A stretch of DNA of 64,000 nucleotides from a bacterium (GCA_009995455.1 JAACPJ010000001.1:45043-109042), one strand, 5' to 3'. Counted from the first letter of the stretch, positions 18,973 to 28,701 are shown. The notes: generated by a model not told the origin, from the sequence alone. Numbers and translations are program-made.

Positions 18973-19290
18973 GGTTTATAGTTTTAAAAAGTATTATTTT
19001 TGAGAATTCGAATAAATTCGGATTCCTCTATACAAAATTGATAAGCTCAATGTTAAAAGCTGTGCTCAAGCCAAAAGGCTAAAGCCACAAAGCGAAACAT
19101 TCTCTGTATTAAAAGAAAGTCGCTGCCATTTTCTAGAAAGGTTGCACCTTGCACGGGCAATTGGCTTTCCGGCTGTTTGAATCAAAGATCAAATCCTTTT
19201 ATCACTAACGCACAAAATGCACGCAGCGAACCGAGAGCCTTTCTGCTTTGTTAAAGCGGAACTCGTGGCAAGTCGGTCGGAAGTGAATAA

Positions 19291-19318
19291 ATGTTAGTCT
19301 CTGAAAGCTTAAAGTCAA
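19291..19318 (-). promoter_or_regulatory. candidate sigma70-like promoter of the S-layer gene
   Basis: Minus strand TTGACT (19318-19313), 16-nt spacer, TAACAT (19296-19291). Implies a ~310-nt 5' UTR. Confidence 0.4.
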
Positions 19319-19399
19319 GCCTTCACAAGAGCCACTTCACTCACGATGCCAAGAACGAGAGGTCCCCACACTTTGTTACAAAAAAAGCAGGGTTTTGAA

Positions 19400-19464
19400 G
19401 CACAAAGAATTGCACAAAATGACAATCATTTTAATTTGAGTTTGCAGTACTGTTGCACAAAGAA
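19400..19464. promoter_or_regulatory. repeated GCACAAA(G/A)(A/T) motifs upstream of the S-layer promoter
   Basis: GCACAAAGAA at 19400 and 19455, GCACAAAATG at 19412. A further GCACAAAATG lies at 19210 inside the leader. Confidence 0.35.
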
Positions 19465-19609
19465 CTGTAAAACCTATTAGCAAGAGTTAACACAATTTAT
19501 ATAAAACCATTTAAAGGGATTTTAAAAATTCTAAAAATTAAAAAAGCCAACCCGTGAAAAAAGGGCTAAAAATAAAAAACAGAAAATGCAAAAATGTGGC
19601 AAAAAGCCT

Positions 19610-20038
19610 CTAATCACTAGCAGAGCCTGAAACTGAGCCCTTTAAATTTGCACCAGCTTCGCTTAAGTTATCTAAGGCCTCTTTCGTTTCATTCAAAGCT
19701 TCCTTAGCCTCAATTAAGTTGTTTTGTACTTCTTCAAACTTAGCTTGCCCTTGCGCTGCCGCAGTTTCTAAAGCGATTTGCCAACCCTGCACTTCTGCAT
19801 TTAGCTGGGCGTAACGCTCTTGCAAATCTTCCTGTTTCCAATCTTCCAAGTCTCGTTCTAAAGCGCTCGTTACAAACCCTGGCACATATTGGGCCGTGTC
19901 AGGATTTTCATCTAAAAAACCGAGAATCGTTTCACGGTATAAAAAAAGCACGGCTAAAGCGCATACAATTAAAATAACGATTGGAATAAAGCCCACGCCC
20001 CTACGACGCTGACGATAACGGTCGTAGTAACGTCTCAT
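19610..20038 (-). CDS. membrane-anchored coiled-coil protein, hypothetical
   Basis: Basic N-terminus, one TM (FIPIVILIVCALAVLFLY), then heptad-like Glu/Ala/Gln-rich sequence. Start overlaps the upstream stop (TAATG). Confidence 0.6.
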   Translation of the reverse strand: MRRYYDRYRQRRRGVGFIPIVILIVCALAVLFLYRETILGFLDENPDTAQYVPGFVTSALERDLEDWKQEDLQERYAQLNAEVQGWQIALETAAAQGQAKFEEVQNNLIEAKEALNETKEALDNLSEAGANLKGSVSGSASD

Positions 20039-20418
20039 TACTCTTCAAACAGTGATTTGATATCAGAACCCTTAAACCCACTCAGTTTAGATTTAATCTC
20101 AGTGAGCTGGTCAACATTTAGTTTTGGCTGTGGTAATTCAATCCCAGGCACGGGTCGTTTTAATTTAATATCTGGCGGGGCAATGTTCGCCAGCGGAGCC
20201 ACAACCGGACCAACCGGCGGAACAACATTAGGACCACTAATTTCCGCTGAAATTTGAGAACGAGCCTTACACTCAGCACATTCAGCCGAAAATTCGACTT
20301 GATGCCCTTTAACCCCTTGTATTTCAATTTTCTCTTTAGCAAAGGGCGCCTTACATTTAGGGCAGTGAATTTGCGTTTGAATACGAGCGATGATTTTTTG
20401 TAAATATTCAAGTTTCAT
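20038..20418 (-). CDS. zinc-ribbon protein, hypothetical
   Basis: CPKC...CAEC pairs followed by a Pro-rich tail. Start refined to the ATG at 20418 (MKLEYLQK...), which is more plausible than the longest ORF. Confidence 0.55.
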   Translation of the reverse strand: MKLEYLQKIIARIQTQIHCPKCKAPFAKEKIEIQGVKGHQVEFSAECAECKARSQISAEISGPNVVPPVGPVVAPLANIAPPDIKLKRPVPGIELPQPKLNVDQLTEIKSKLSGFKGSDIKSLFEE

Positions 20419-20495
20419 AGTTCTATTATTTAAACTAATTTGCAGAAAATGCACAATTTTTTTTGGGCAATGAGACGGGGCTAATTTAATAAGTT

Positions 20496-21968
20496 CTAAA
20501 CGTATCCTCGGTAATTCGGAGCATCTTTTAGAATACCAACATCATGTGGATGGGACTCTCGTAGTCCCGCTCCCGTAATTTGTACCATTTGGGCTTTGGC
20601 CTGAAATTCAGCAATGTCTTTGGCGCCAGAATATCCCATAGCACTTCGAATACCGCCACAGAGCTGAAAAATTTCACCGGCCAGTTTTCCTTTTAATAAA
20701 ATTTTACCCTCAATACCCTCTGGCACTAGCTTGTCATCTGCTACGTTTGACTGAGCGTACCGTTCTTTACCCCCTTTTTTCATAGCGGCAATAGATCCCA
20801 TACCTCGATAGTATTTGTAAGTTTGTCCTTCAGAATAAATTATTTCCCCCGGACTTTCTTCCGTTCCGGCCAGCAAAGAGCCAACCATGACCGTATGCGC
20901 ACCGCCAGCCAAAGCTTTAGCCATATCACCAGAATACTTTAAACCGCCATCAGCAATAACCGGTACACCTAACTCTTTAGCTTTAGCCGCCGTATTCATA
21001 ACAGCGGTCAATTGTGGCACCCCCACACCCGCGATAATTCGGGTGGTACAAATTGAACCAGGGCCGATTCCTACCTTAACGGCATCGGCTCCGGCTTTTA
21101 CTAAAGCTTCGCACGCCTCTGGAGTAGCAATATTTCCCCCCACGACATCAATGTGAGCGTAGTTCTTTTTAATATAAGTTACCGTATCAAGAACGCCTTG
21201 CGAGTGTCCGTGAGCCGTATCAACAATTAGAATATCGACCCCAGCCGTAATTAGTTTCTGCACTCGTTCTTCCATGTTATGGGCCGGACCAACCGCTGCC
21301 GCTACCATCAATCTTTTTTGTGAATCTTTAGCCGCATGTGGATAATCTTCGTTTTTTTCTATATCACGTCGGGTCATCAAGGCGTGCAAGGTACCATCAT
21401 CGTTTAAAATAAGTAACTTAGAGTGTTTTGATTCTTCTAGTACATCATTTGCTTCACTCAGGGTTATTGGAGCTTGCGCCGTCAATAAATTCATTACCGC
21501 TCGCATTCTTTCGCCTATTTTTTGATGTGCGTGCTTATGCCCTAGATAATCGTTACGAGTCAGAAGTCCCACGACTTTTGTTTTAAGGGTTCCATCTTCC
21601 GTAATAGGCACCGCTTTAAATCCATGTTCATCTCTAATTTTCACTGCATCTGAAATAGAATGATTCGGAGACAAAACCATAGGCTCACGAATAAAGCCAT
21701 TTTCATAACGCTTAACTCGTGCCACCATGAAGGCTTGTTCATCTGGATCACAATTTTTGTGAATTACACCGATTCCACCTTGTAAGGCCATCGCTATCGC
21801 CATTCTATCTTCAGTCACGGTATCCATAGCCGCAGAAACGATTGGAATATTCAAAGTGATATTTCGCGTAAACTGAGTTTTTAAAGAAACCGCTTTTGGC
21901 AAAATATTAGAATACTGGGGAACCAGTAAAACATCATCAAACGTTAAGGCCATTGGAATATTGGGCAT
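20496..21968 (-). CDS. guaB: IMP dehydrogenase
   Basis: 490 aa with a CBS pair insert and the catalytic loop [11 protein letters not shown]. Confidence 0.95.
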   Translation of the reverse strand: MPNIPMALTFDDVLLVPQYSNILPKAVSLKTQFTRNITLNIPIVSAAMDTVTEDRMAIAMALQGGIGVIHKNCDPDEQAFMVARVKRYENGFIREPMVLSPNHSISDAVKIRDEHGFKAVPITEDGTLKTKVVGLLTRNDYLGHKHAHQKIGERMRAVMNLLTAQAPITLSEANDVLEESKHSKLLILNDDGTLHALMTRRDIEKNEDYPHAAKDSQKRLMVAAAVGPAHNMEERVQKLITAGVDILIVDTAHGHSQGVLDTVTYIKKNYAHIDVVGGNIATPEACEALVKAGADAVKVGIGPGSICTTRIIAGVGVPQLTAVMNTAAKAKELGVPVIADGGLKYSGDMAKALAGGAHTVMVGSLLAGTEESPGEIIYSEGQTYKYYRGMGSIAAMKKGGKERYAQSNVADDKLVPEGIEGKILLKGKLAGEIFQLCGGIRSAMGYSGAKDIAEFQAKAQMVQITGAGLRESHPHDVGILKDAPNYRGYV

Positions 21969-21991
21969 GTGTGCAGGAAGTTATTTGCGCC

Positions 21992-22020
21992 AAACTAGGG
22001 GAATAAAAAAAATTCGTCAA
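21992..22020 (-). promoter_or_regulatory. candidate guaB promoter
   Basis: Minus strand TTGACG, 17 nt, TAGTTT. Confidence 0.35.
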
Positions 22021-22070
22021 GTAGTCCTACCGAAACTTTTAAGACGAAGGGGCAAGGGTGAAAATTAAAA

Positions 22071-23423
22071 TTAAAACAAGAAGTTCAATTTTTGAGCTAA
22101 AGCTTCGGCCAAATCTGGCGCTAAGCGGGCTTGTAGGCTGGTTAAAAAAGCCTCAGAGGCCTCATTTCTTGGCAGCGCTTCTACTTGAGAGTTCAAGTAA
22201 GCCAGCTGTTCCATTTTAATGGGTGATTGTTGGACCTTGCGCAGCACACTTACCACATAGTTTTCAGCTAAAGTATGTAAGGCGGCTGCTTGGTCTGGAT
22301 TCGCCACAGAAGCTAAATAATGCAGTAAAACATAGCGATTATAAGCCGTTATCTCGGTTTCAACCGGAGCAAAAGCGAGGCTGTTTTTATTTTGTTCAAG
22401 CACCGTAAACAACTGCTCTAAGGCATACGCTTCAGTTAAAATGTCGATTCGATCTGTTTTAAAGGCCAGGCTTGGGTAAACATCTTTAACGGCCACTGAA
22501 TCTAAATTCACGCGACGATTAATAGTCATATCTCGACCGCGATCGAGAATTTGAGTTACTGACCGGAAACTTTGTTCCGCCGATACAATTTCATCATGCG
22601 CTTGTCCACGCTTGCCAAGCAACATATTTTCAATACCCGTTAGCGCTTTCGTTCGAGCAATGATAAGTTTTCCAATTATGGCTTCAATTTGTGCATTTGA
22701 AAGCCCTAGATCATCCGGCATAATTTCAGACTGTCGAAGCACTGTATCACTGCTTAAAACAATTCTTTCTCCGGCCTTAGCCATAACTTCGCCATCATTT
22801 AGGTCGTAAACCGTCACATTCAAATAGCCCGGCAAAACTCTCGTTTCACCCGTTTCTGAAACTTCTACGACGACTTCACTTCCATAATCATTTTGTACTA
22901 AACCACGATCGGTTTTTATTTGTGAGTTTTGCGAAGCCGTATTATGAACTTTCCCTCTATCAAGAAAAATTCGACCCGCTCTTTCTACTTTTAACCAACT
23001 GCCAGACTCTACTTCAGATACAAAATGATCGGTGGTAATTGAGGCTTGTCCTCGATGTCCCACCCGAACCCAATCACCTTTTCTTAGATCCTGCGTCCCA
23101 GAGACCAGTAAACTTTCGTCCCCACGAATAATTTCAACCACACCTCCTTGGCTTTCAATCTCACCGACAACTCGGTTTGGTAAAAACGGGGCATCAACAA
23201 AACCAATCATGCTGAGCATAAATGCACTCAACGCCGTGTAAGATAAGCCTTTTGCAAAGTGACCTCTAAATCTAAGCCACCGGTAAGGTTTGGTTTGAAT
23301 TTGATACTGGTGCAGTGTGCGCTCACGCAAGCCAGCCTTAAATGAAGGTTCGGCTTTTGGCTTAACCTTTTCAAAGATAAATTTAAGTCGTGATTCTAAG
23401 TCTTCAAATACCATGTTCACCAC
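22071..23423 (-). CDS. hypothetical single-pass membrane protein with FecR-like domain
   Basis: 450 aa. Cytoplasmic N-terminus, one TM, a beta-rich segment resembling FecR-type sensors, then a helical C-terminus. Weak assignment. Confidence 0.4.
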   Translation of the reverse strand: MVNMVFEDLESRLKFIFEKVKPKAEPSFKAGLRERTLHQYQIQTKPYRWLRFRGHFAKGLSYTALSAFMLSMIGFVDAPFLPNRVVGEIESQGGVVEIIRGDESLLVSGTQDLRKGDWVRVGHRGQASITTDHFVSEVESGSWLKVERAGRIFLDRGKVHNTASQNSQIKTDRGLVQNDYGSEVVVEVSETGETRVLPGYLNVTVYDLNDGEVMAKAGERIVLSSDTVLRQSEIMPDDLGLSNAQIEAIIGKLIIARTKALTGIENMLLGKRGQAHDEIVSAEQSFRSVTQILDRGRDMTINRRVNLDSVAVKDVYPSLAFKTDRIDILTEAYALEQLFTVLEQNKNSLAFAPVETEITAYNRYVLLHYLASVANPDQAAALHTLAENYVVSVLRKVQQSPIKMEQLAYLNSQVEALPRNEASEAFLTSLQARLAPDLAEALAQKLNFLF

Positions 23424-23448
23424 AGCAAACGACTTATAATCTAAAACG

Positions 23449-23907
23449 TTACAAGTTTTCCAACAATTCTTTACCTTCTCCCGCGTACCGGGTTAAAGCA
23501 AAATCAAGCAAGGCTCCCCAGATTAAACCTTCAATTGCTAATTGAATAATTGGCATTGAGTTTGAAAACTGAAATTCTGAATAGTGTGAAAAAGCTTGAA
23601 TCATGTTGTCATGTACCAAACAAGCTAAAATAAGGTTTAAGCCAAAACCGATTGAGGCCCCACGCAAAATCGAAGGGAGCCCCCAGCCCAATAAGGGGTA
23701 TTTAGTATAAACTCCCGCAAAGCCAATAATCGCGCCAAAAATCATGTACCAACCAATCATTCCAAATCGTAATGCGATATCAATATTCGCTTGAAGCGCT
23801 GGCAATGAGAAAAAAACCATTAAGCCGATTAGGCCTCCAAGTATTTTCCCCAGTCCGATTCTAAAAGTTAAAGAATCTTTACAAGTGTGTTTTTGTGTTT
23901 TAGCCAT
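23449..23907 (-). CDS. hypothetical 4-TM membrane protein
   Basis: Hydrophobic 152-aa ORF. Confidence 0.5.
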   Translation of the reverse strand: MAKTQKHTCKDSLTFRIGLGKILGGLIGLMVFFSLPALQANIDIALRFGMIGWYMIFGAIIGFAGVYTKYPLLGWGLPSILRGASIGFGLNLILACLVHDNMIQAFSHYSEFQFSNSMPIIQLAIEGLIWGALLDFALTRYAGEGKELLENL

Positions 23908-23939
23908 TTATTTTAAAACTATGTTAGGCCATTGTAACA

Positions 23940-24494
23940 CTAAAAGCTCACCGATTCAATAATAACTGGTTCTAAAGGTCGATCCATCATATCAGTTGGA
24001 ACAGCGGCAATTTTATCTACGATATCCATTCCTTCGGTTACATGGCCAAAAATAGTATGTTTACCATCTAGGTAAGCGGTATCAGGTGCGTGCACAATAA
24101 AGAATTGTGAACCATTTGTCTTTGGGCCACGATTTGCCATAGAGATTACTCCACGAACATGTGACAGCTCTGGCACAATTTCGTCTTCAAATTCATCGCC
24201 CCAAATACTTTTACCACCAGTCCCGTTTTGATTTTCGTAATCTCCACCTTGAATCATGAAGTTTTCAATCACTCGGTGAAAAGGCGTTCCATCGTATTTT
24301 CCTTCTTTGGCTAAACCAATAAAGTTTTCGACCGTTTTAGGAGTTTTATCAGCGTAAAGTTCAAGCGTAACATCGCCTTGATTCGTATTCAGAGTTACTG
24401 TTTGGGTCATTTTAGAATTAGAATTTAGTGAATTACAACCAGTCATAGCGAGAACGACAAGTGCACACAAAGCCAGTTTCGTTAAGTTTTTCAT
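23940..24494 (-). CDS. cyclophilin-type peptidyl-prolyl isomerase, lipoprotein
   Basis: HRVIENFMIQGGD, SMANRGPKTNGSQFFI. Start refined to MKNLTKLALCALVVLAMTGC (lipobox), which removes the overlap with the upstream ORF. Confidence 0.9.
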   Translation of the reverse strand: MKNLTKLALCALVVLAMTGCNSLNSNSKMTQTVTLNTNQGDVTLELYADKTPKTVENFIGLAKEGKYDGTPFHRVIENFMIQGGDYENQNGTGGKSIWGDEFEDEIVPELSHVRGVISMANRGPKTNGSQFFIVHAPDTAYLDGKHTIFGHVTEGMDIVDKIAAVPTDMMDRPLEPVIIESVSF

Positions 24495-24549
24495 GGTGAG
24501 CCCATTGTAATAAGCAAAACGCCCAAGTCCAAAAAAAACAAGAAAACCT

Positions 24550-24990
24550 CTATTTAACCAGCTTAGAAGCCACAAATCCCGCCGCAATGGCCGCTTCTTT
24601 TGTCGGAAAAAATCGGCGCTTAGAAGGTTCTGTTCCTCGGGCAGCGTAAGTATTGCTTGGGTAAAATTTCATGGTTCCGGCATTACCAGCATACGCAAAG
24701 TTACGAAAATCTTGATCGTGCTCGCTCGGCAGTTGCGCCAGCGCTACTAAATGTTCACCGTCACCTTCGACAAAATCTTCATTCCAAACTAAACGCGCTG
24801 CGCCATTTATAGAGGCTTTAAGACTATCACCTTCTAAGGCTTTCAGCTCGACTATCGCTATTTCTTGGTATTTACTTTCAAAGCACATTGGGGCCGCCTT
24901 AACTTTTTTATCGAGCACCGAAAATCCACCTAAAACAAAACAGCTAATCGCTATAACCAAAGTCGGCAAAACACTTTTAATAAAACGCAT
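24550..24990 (-). CDS. hypothetical secreted/anchored protein
   Basis: N-terminal hydrophobic segment; no recognisable catalytic motif. Confidence 0.45.
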   Translation of the reverse strand: MRFIKSVLPTLVIAISCFVLGGFSVLDKKVKAAPMCFESKYQEIAIVELKALEGDSLKASINGAARLVWNEDFVEGDGEHLVALAQLPSEHDQDFRNFAYAGNAGTMKFYPSNTYAARGTEPSKRRFFPTKEAAIAAGFVASKLVK

Positions 24991-25140
24991 ACGCTGTAAC
25001 TACCGGCTTTTTAAGTCATTTATCAAGACACAAACTTAAACCAATCTTCATGATTGGGTTTCACATTTAGACCAATGCGAGTCTCGTTGACTTTTAAGGC
25101 TAACGGGGCACAATCGCGCTTGATTAATTTAGATTTAAAT

Positions 25141-26901
25141 ATGCTCCGCACGCATCACTGTAACCAACTTCGTCCTTCAGATATTGATACTAAAGTCACT
25201 TTATCTGGCTGGGTAAATAACCGACGAGATCACGGTGGAATCATTTTTGTAGATTTACGAGATGCCAAAGGAATTACGCAAATTGTTCTTGATCCGAGTA
25301 TTAACCCCGAAGCGCATGCGGCCGCAGAGCACGTTCGAGCCGAATGGGTTTTAAAGGCCACTGGAACGGTACGAGCCCGAGGTGAAGGCTTAAATAACCC
25401 AAAACTTGAAACGGGTGAAATTGAAATCGCGATTGATAATTTAGAAATCCTCAACCAAGCGCAAACGCCTCCGTTTGAGTTAAATATTGAACAAGAAGTT
25501 CGTGAAGATTTAAGACTTGAATACCGTTATTTAGACTTACGACGCGCTAAAATGCAGCGTAATCTTCGTTTACGCCATGATATGGTAAAAGTTATTCGAA
25601 ATTATTTTGATGCCGCCGGCTTCATGGATGTTGAAACGCCAATTATGGTTAAAGGAACGCCTGAAGGCTCACGCGAGTACCTAGTCCCATCGCGGCTACA
25701 CCGTGGTGAGTTTTACGTTTTACCACAATCACCACAACAGCTTAAACAATTGCTGATGTGTGGAGGGGTTGATAAATATTTTCAGATTGCTCGATGTTTT
25801 AGAGATGAAGACCTGCGAGGAGACCGACAACCAGAATTTACTCAATTCGAGATTGAAATGGCTTTCTGTCAGCAAGAAGATGTGATGGAAGTAATTGAAA
25901 ATTGTTTTCATGAACTGACTGAAAAATGTGCGAAAGACAAGGAATGGAAAAGTTATTTAGAAAATAGGCGATTTAAGCAAATCACCTGGCAAACGGCTTT
26001 AGAAAACTATGGTTCTGATAAACCAGATTTACGCTTTGGCTTAGAGTTTGTTGATATGACCGAAGAAGCTAAAACTTGTGGTTTTGGGGTATTTGAAAGC
26101 GTTGATAGTGTGCGTGTAATGCGTGTACCAGAAGGCGGAAAACTAAGCCGAAAAGATATTGATGATTTAACTGATTTAGCCCGCAAACACGGCGCCGGTG
26201 GTTTAGCCTGGGTTCGAGTTGGCGAAGACAGCGGCCCGGTAATGAAAAACTCTAAACCAGAATTTATTAAAGCTTTAATTGAAAAAACACAGTCACAAGA
26301 AGGGGACTTAATTTTCTTTGGCGCTGGAACTTTCCTGCAAAGTGTCGAACCGCTCGGACAAGTTCGTTTGGCGGTAGCCGATAAATTCGGTCTCAAAGAC
26401 CCAAACCATTTTGCCTACGCTTGGGTAATTGATTTCCCGATGTTCGAACAAAAAGAAGACGGCAGCATGCAAGCGGCCCATCATCCGTTTACCCGACCAA
26501 ACAAAGAAGATATTGATAGGCTCGAATCTGACCCAATGAGCGTCCGTTCTTACGCCTATGACGTGGTATTAAATGGGGTTGAATTAGGCGGAGGCTCTAT
26601 TCGAATTCACGAGCCAGAACTACAAGCGAAAATGTTTGAAGTGTTAGGCTTAAGCAAAGAAGAAACCGAAATGAAGTTTGGTCATATTCTAAAAGCTTTT
26701 AAATTTGGAACGCCTCCACACGGAGGGTGCGCGATGGGACTTGATCGCGTAGTGATGCTGTTTGCTGGCGAACCAAATATTCGTGAAGTTATGGCTTTTC
26801 CAAAAAACCAATCCGCGCAAGACTTAATGCTGGGCGCACCTTCGCCAATGCCAGAAAAAGAACTCGAAGAACAAAACATTCGAGTTATTGAAGAGGACTA
26901 A
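25141..26901 (+). CDS. aspS: aspartyl-tRNA synthetase
   Basis: Start set at MLRTHHCNQLRPSDI..., which aligns with the E. coli MRTEYCGQLR. Class II motifs (FRDEDLRGDRQPEFTQ, GGGSIRIH, GLDR). Confidence 0.95.
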   Translation: MLRTHHCNQLRPSDIDTKVTLSGWVNNRRDHGGIIFVDLRDAKGITQIVLDPSINPEAHAAAEHVRAEWVLKATGTVRARGEGLNNPKLETGEIEIAIDNLEILNQAQTPPFELNIEQEVREDLRLEYRYLDLRRAKMQRNLRLRHDMVKVIRNYFDAAGFMDVETPIMVKGTPEGSREYLVPSRLHRGEFYVLPQSPQQLKQLLMCGGVDKYFQIARCFRDEDLRGDRQPEFTQFEIEMAFCQQEDVMEVIENCFHELTEKCAKDKEWKSYLENRRFKQITWQTALENYGSDKPDLRFGLEFVDMTEEAKTCGFGVFESVDSVRVMRVPEGGKLSRKDIDDLTDLARKHGAGGLAWVRVGEDSGPVMKNSKPEFIKALIEKTQSQEGDLIFFGAGTFLQSVEPLGQVRLAVADKFGLKDPNHFAYAWVIDFPMFEQKEDGSMQAAHHPFTRPNKEDIDRLESDPMSVRSYAYDVVLNGVELGGGSIRIHEPELQAKMFEVLGLSKEETEMKFGHILKAFKFGTPPHGGCAMGLDRVVMLFAGEPNIREVMAFPKNQSAQDLMLGAPSPMPEKELEEQNIRVIEED

Positions 26902-26925
26902 AAAAGATAATTTAACCGTGTGAGA

Positions 26926-26965
26926 AGAGGCGGCACCCGTGCAGGATGTCGCCTCTTTATTTTTT
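26926..26965 (+). terminator. rho-independent terminator of aspS
   Basis: AGAGGCG...CGCCTCT stem followed by TTATTTTTT. Confidence 0.7.
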
Positions 26966-26979
26966 GAAACCACCGTTGG

Positions 26980-27345
26980 TCAGAAAAGGAAACTTCGTCG
27001 ATAGTCAGTTTCCTCGCGTTTTATCTTCACACGCTGACCGCAATGATCGCAGTCGTGAGTTTCCCCCCAAGTCGATACATCGTGGTTAATGCGCCGGCAG
27101 ATCGGACAATTGTAACGCTGATTCTCGTCCAACGTCGCCACCGGCAAATTTTCCATTGGGCGAGGCGGAGCTGCGAGGGAGGCTCGCAAGGCCTGACCTG
27201 TGGGCTGGTAGCGCACCAACGCAGTGGAACGCTGCCGAGCTTTGCCAGACGGCGTAAAGGGCGAGGCCTCAACTCGCAATTGCTTGCGAGATTTTCGCTG
27301 GCGCTTGCGCGCCCGCTTTCCCCCTAGGGGATTTTTTCGTACCAA
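26980..27345 (-). CDS. GC-rich orphan ORF: basic N-terminus plus C-terminal zinc ribbon (possibly foreign; could instead be a structured RNA)
   Basis: TTG start 5 nt after AGGAGG. CPIC...CDHC motif and a KRARKRQRKSRK tract. About 59% GC by my hand count over 27061-27360. Three mutually overlapping ORFs, as expected for GC-rich DNA. Confidence 0.4.
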   Translation of the reverse strand: MVRKNPLGGKRARKRQRKSRKQLRVEASPFTPSGKARQRSTALVRYQPTGQALRASLAAPPRPMENLPVATLDENQRYNCPICRRINHDVSTWGETHDCDHCGQRVKIKREETDYRRSFLF

Positions 27346-27476
27346 TGCAACCTCCTGTGTTCAGGCCATAACAGCCAAGTTTCAAAATTAACTCCCGGAT
27401 TAGAACCTTCTTGCAAAGTGAAAAAATCACAAAGAGCTTTGCACTTTTTAAAATTTAACCGCAAAATAGTCAAGTA

Positions 27477-27950
27477 ATGTTCTATAACCTTAGCCGCTAT
27501 CTAGCCTCAAACACCGAACGAGTGATTTACCAGTTTGGAATCAGTCTGCGCTACGTGATAACCGTTATAACCTTAGCCACTCTTTTACTGGGCGGCCTTT
27601 CCTATCTGCTACAACAACTTGAAGTCGGTGATGTGCTAGAACGCGCACCGCTGATAATCTTAGCTTTAATAACGCTCTACTATACACTTTATTTTTTAAC
27701 CACGGTCTATTTTGTAACCGATCAAAAAATCTACAAACGCGAAGGCATTGGTTTTGCAAAAGTTACCAGCGCCAAACACACTGAAATTGACGACATGAAA
27801 GTGCAGCAGGGGTTTTTAGAAAAGGTGTTGTTTAATACCGGAACCCTTAAATTTAATACCCCCGGGAGCGCTGGATTTGAAATTATTTTGCCCCGCGTCG
27901 GCGAACCATTTGGTATGAAGAAAACTTTATATGAAGCGTGGAATAAGTAG
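27477..27950 (+). CDS. bacterial PH domain (bPH_2/YdbS-like) membrane protein
   Basis: Two TM helices followed by TDQKIYKREGIGFAKVTSAKHTEIDDMKVQQGFLEKVLFNTGTL. Confidence 0.65.
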   Translation: MFYNLSRYLASNTERVIYQFGISLRYVITVITLATLLLGGLSYLLQQLEVGDVLERAPLIILALITLYYTLYFLTTVYFVTDQKIYKREGIGFAKVTSAKHTEIDDMKVQQGFLEKVLFNTGTLKFNTPGSAGFEIILPRVGEPFGMKKTLYEAWNK

Positions 27951-27960
27951 TTTGGAAAGG

Positions 27961-28629
27961 ATGAAAATAATTGTTCCCATTCGCCCTCGGTCTGTCGCAG
28001 AACTGGAGATTTTACTACGCAAAATAGAGAAGCAAGTAGATATAATTGAAATTTGGTTCGACACAGTCGTCCAAGAATTAATGATCGCCCCCAGCTTAAT
28101 TCACCAAGTGCAAAGCCTTTTAACTAAAGCCAAAATTGAGCAGCAAGTGCAACTTTTAGGGGTTTGTAAAACAGCGGCCGAAAAAGGGGCTTTCCCAGGT
28201 ACTGCCAGCCAAAGAGTTGAACTTTTAACTGAGTTTTTAAAATTAGGCGGACAATTTGTTGATTTAGACATAACGCAAAATAGTGCCGCTTTAATTTCGC
28301 AAATAGAACCCGAAAAACTATGGCTGAGCTATCACGACTTCCAAACCGTTCCCACGGATTTAGCCGACATAAAAGCCAGCATGGAAACCTTTACTCCACA
28401 GCTCTATAAGTTCGCCGTAACGCCTCAAAACCAAGAACAGTTAGACCGCTTTGTTAACTTTGCCAAATCGTTTGATAAACCGGCCATATTTACCACTATG
28501 GGCCCTTTAGGGCTAAGAGGCAGAGAGCAATTAAAACCTCACACTTGGGGCAGTTTTTATGCCATTTCAAGTGAATACACTACCGCTACTGGACAACCTA
28601 CTTTGGCTGATTTAAACGATTCAATGTAA
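27961..28629 (+). CDS. aroD: type I 3-dehydroquinate dehydratase
   Basis: MKIIVPIRPRS...DIIEIWFD and LYKFAVTP pattern. Start refined to the ATG at 27961. Confidence 0.7.
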   Translation: MKIIVPIRPRSVAELEILLRKIEKQVDIIEIWFDTVVQELMIAPSLIHQVQSLLTKAKIEQQVQLLGVCKTAAEKGAFPGTASQRVELLTEFLKLGGQFVDLDITQNSAALISQIEPEKLWLSYHDFQTVPTDLADIKASMETFTPQLYKFAVTPQNQEQLDRFVNFAKSFDKPAIFTTMGPLGLRGREQLKPHTWGSFYAISSEYTTATGQPTLADLNDSM

Positions 28630-28701
28630 GTGATAATCGTCACCAATTTGCGCTTATCTCGTCAGTCTTCTAAGATATTAGAAATTAAAACCTCAATCCA
28701 A

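Noticed and set aside
14645-18981. Seven antisense or alternative-frame ORFs of 62-106 aa inside the S-layer gene: 14645, 15515, 15848, 16266, 16646, 18068 and 18676.
   Set aside because: All are fully embedded in a 1458-aa ORF with clear SLH domains. Their sequences are low-complexity Ser/Thr/Val/Leu strings, typical of shadow ORFs in compositionally biased genes.
19100-19400. Possible RNase P RNA in the S-layer upstream gap. The plus-strand AGAAAGTCGCTGCC resembles the CR-I GGAAAGUCCGGGC, and CACGATGCCAAGAAC vaguely resembles CACGACAGAAC.
   Set aside because: There is no complementary P4 3' strand (expected ...CAGCG-CUU after ACAGAA) and no GGCUUA-type CR-V. The other conserved regions are also not recognisable, so the resemblance is limited to a heptamer.
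26007-26396. 129-aa minus-strand ORF inside aspS. The same applies to 25230, 25729 and 26682.
   Set aside because: They are antisense to a class II aaRS with all signature motifs.
27027-27327. Two further ORFs (81 aa minus strand, 94 aa plus strand) in the GC-rich islet.
   Set aside because: They are expected by-products of high GC content. Only the 121-aa frame has an SD-like element and a zinc-ribbon motif, and even that call is tentative.
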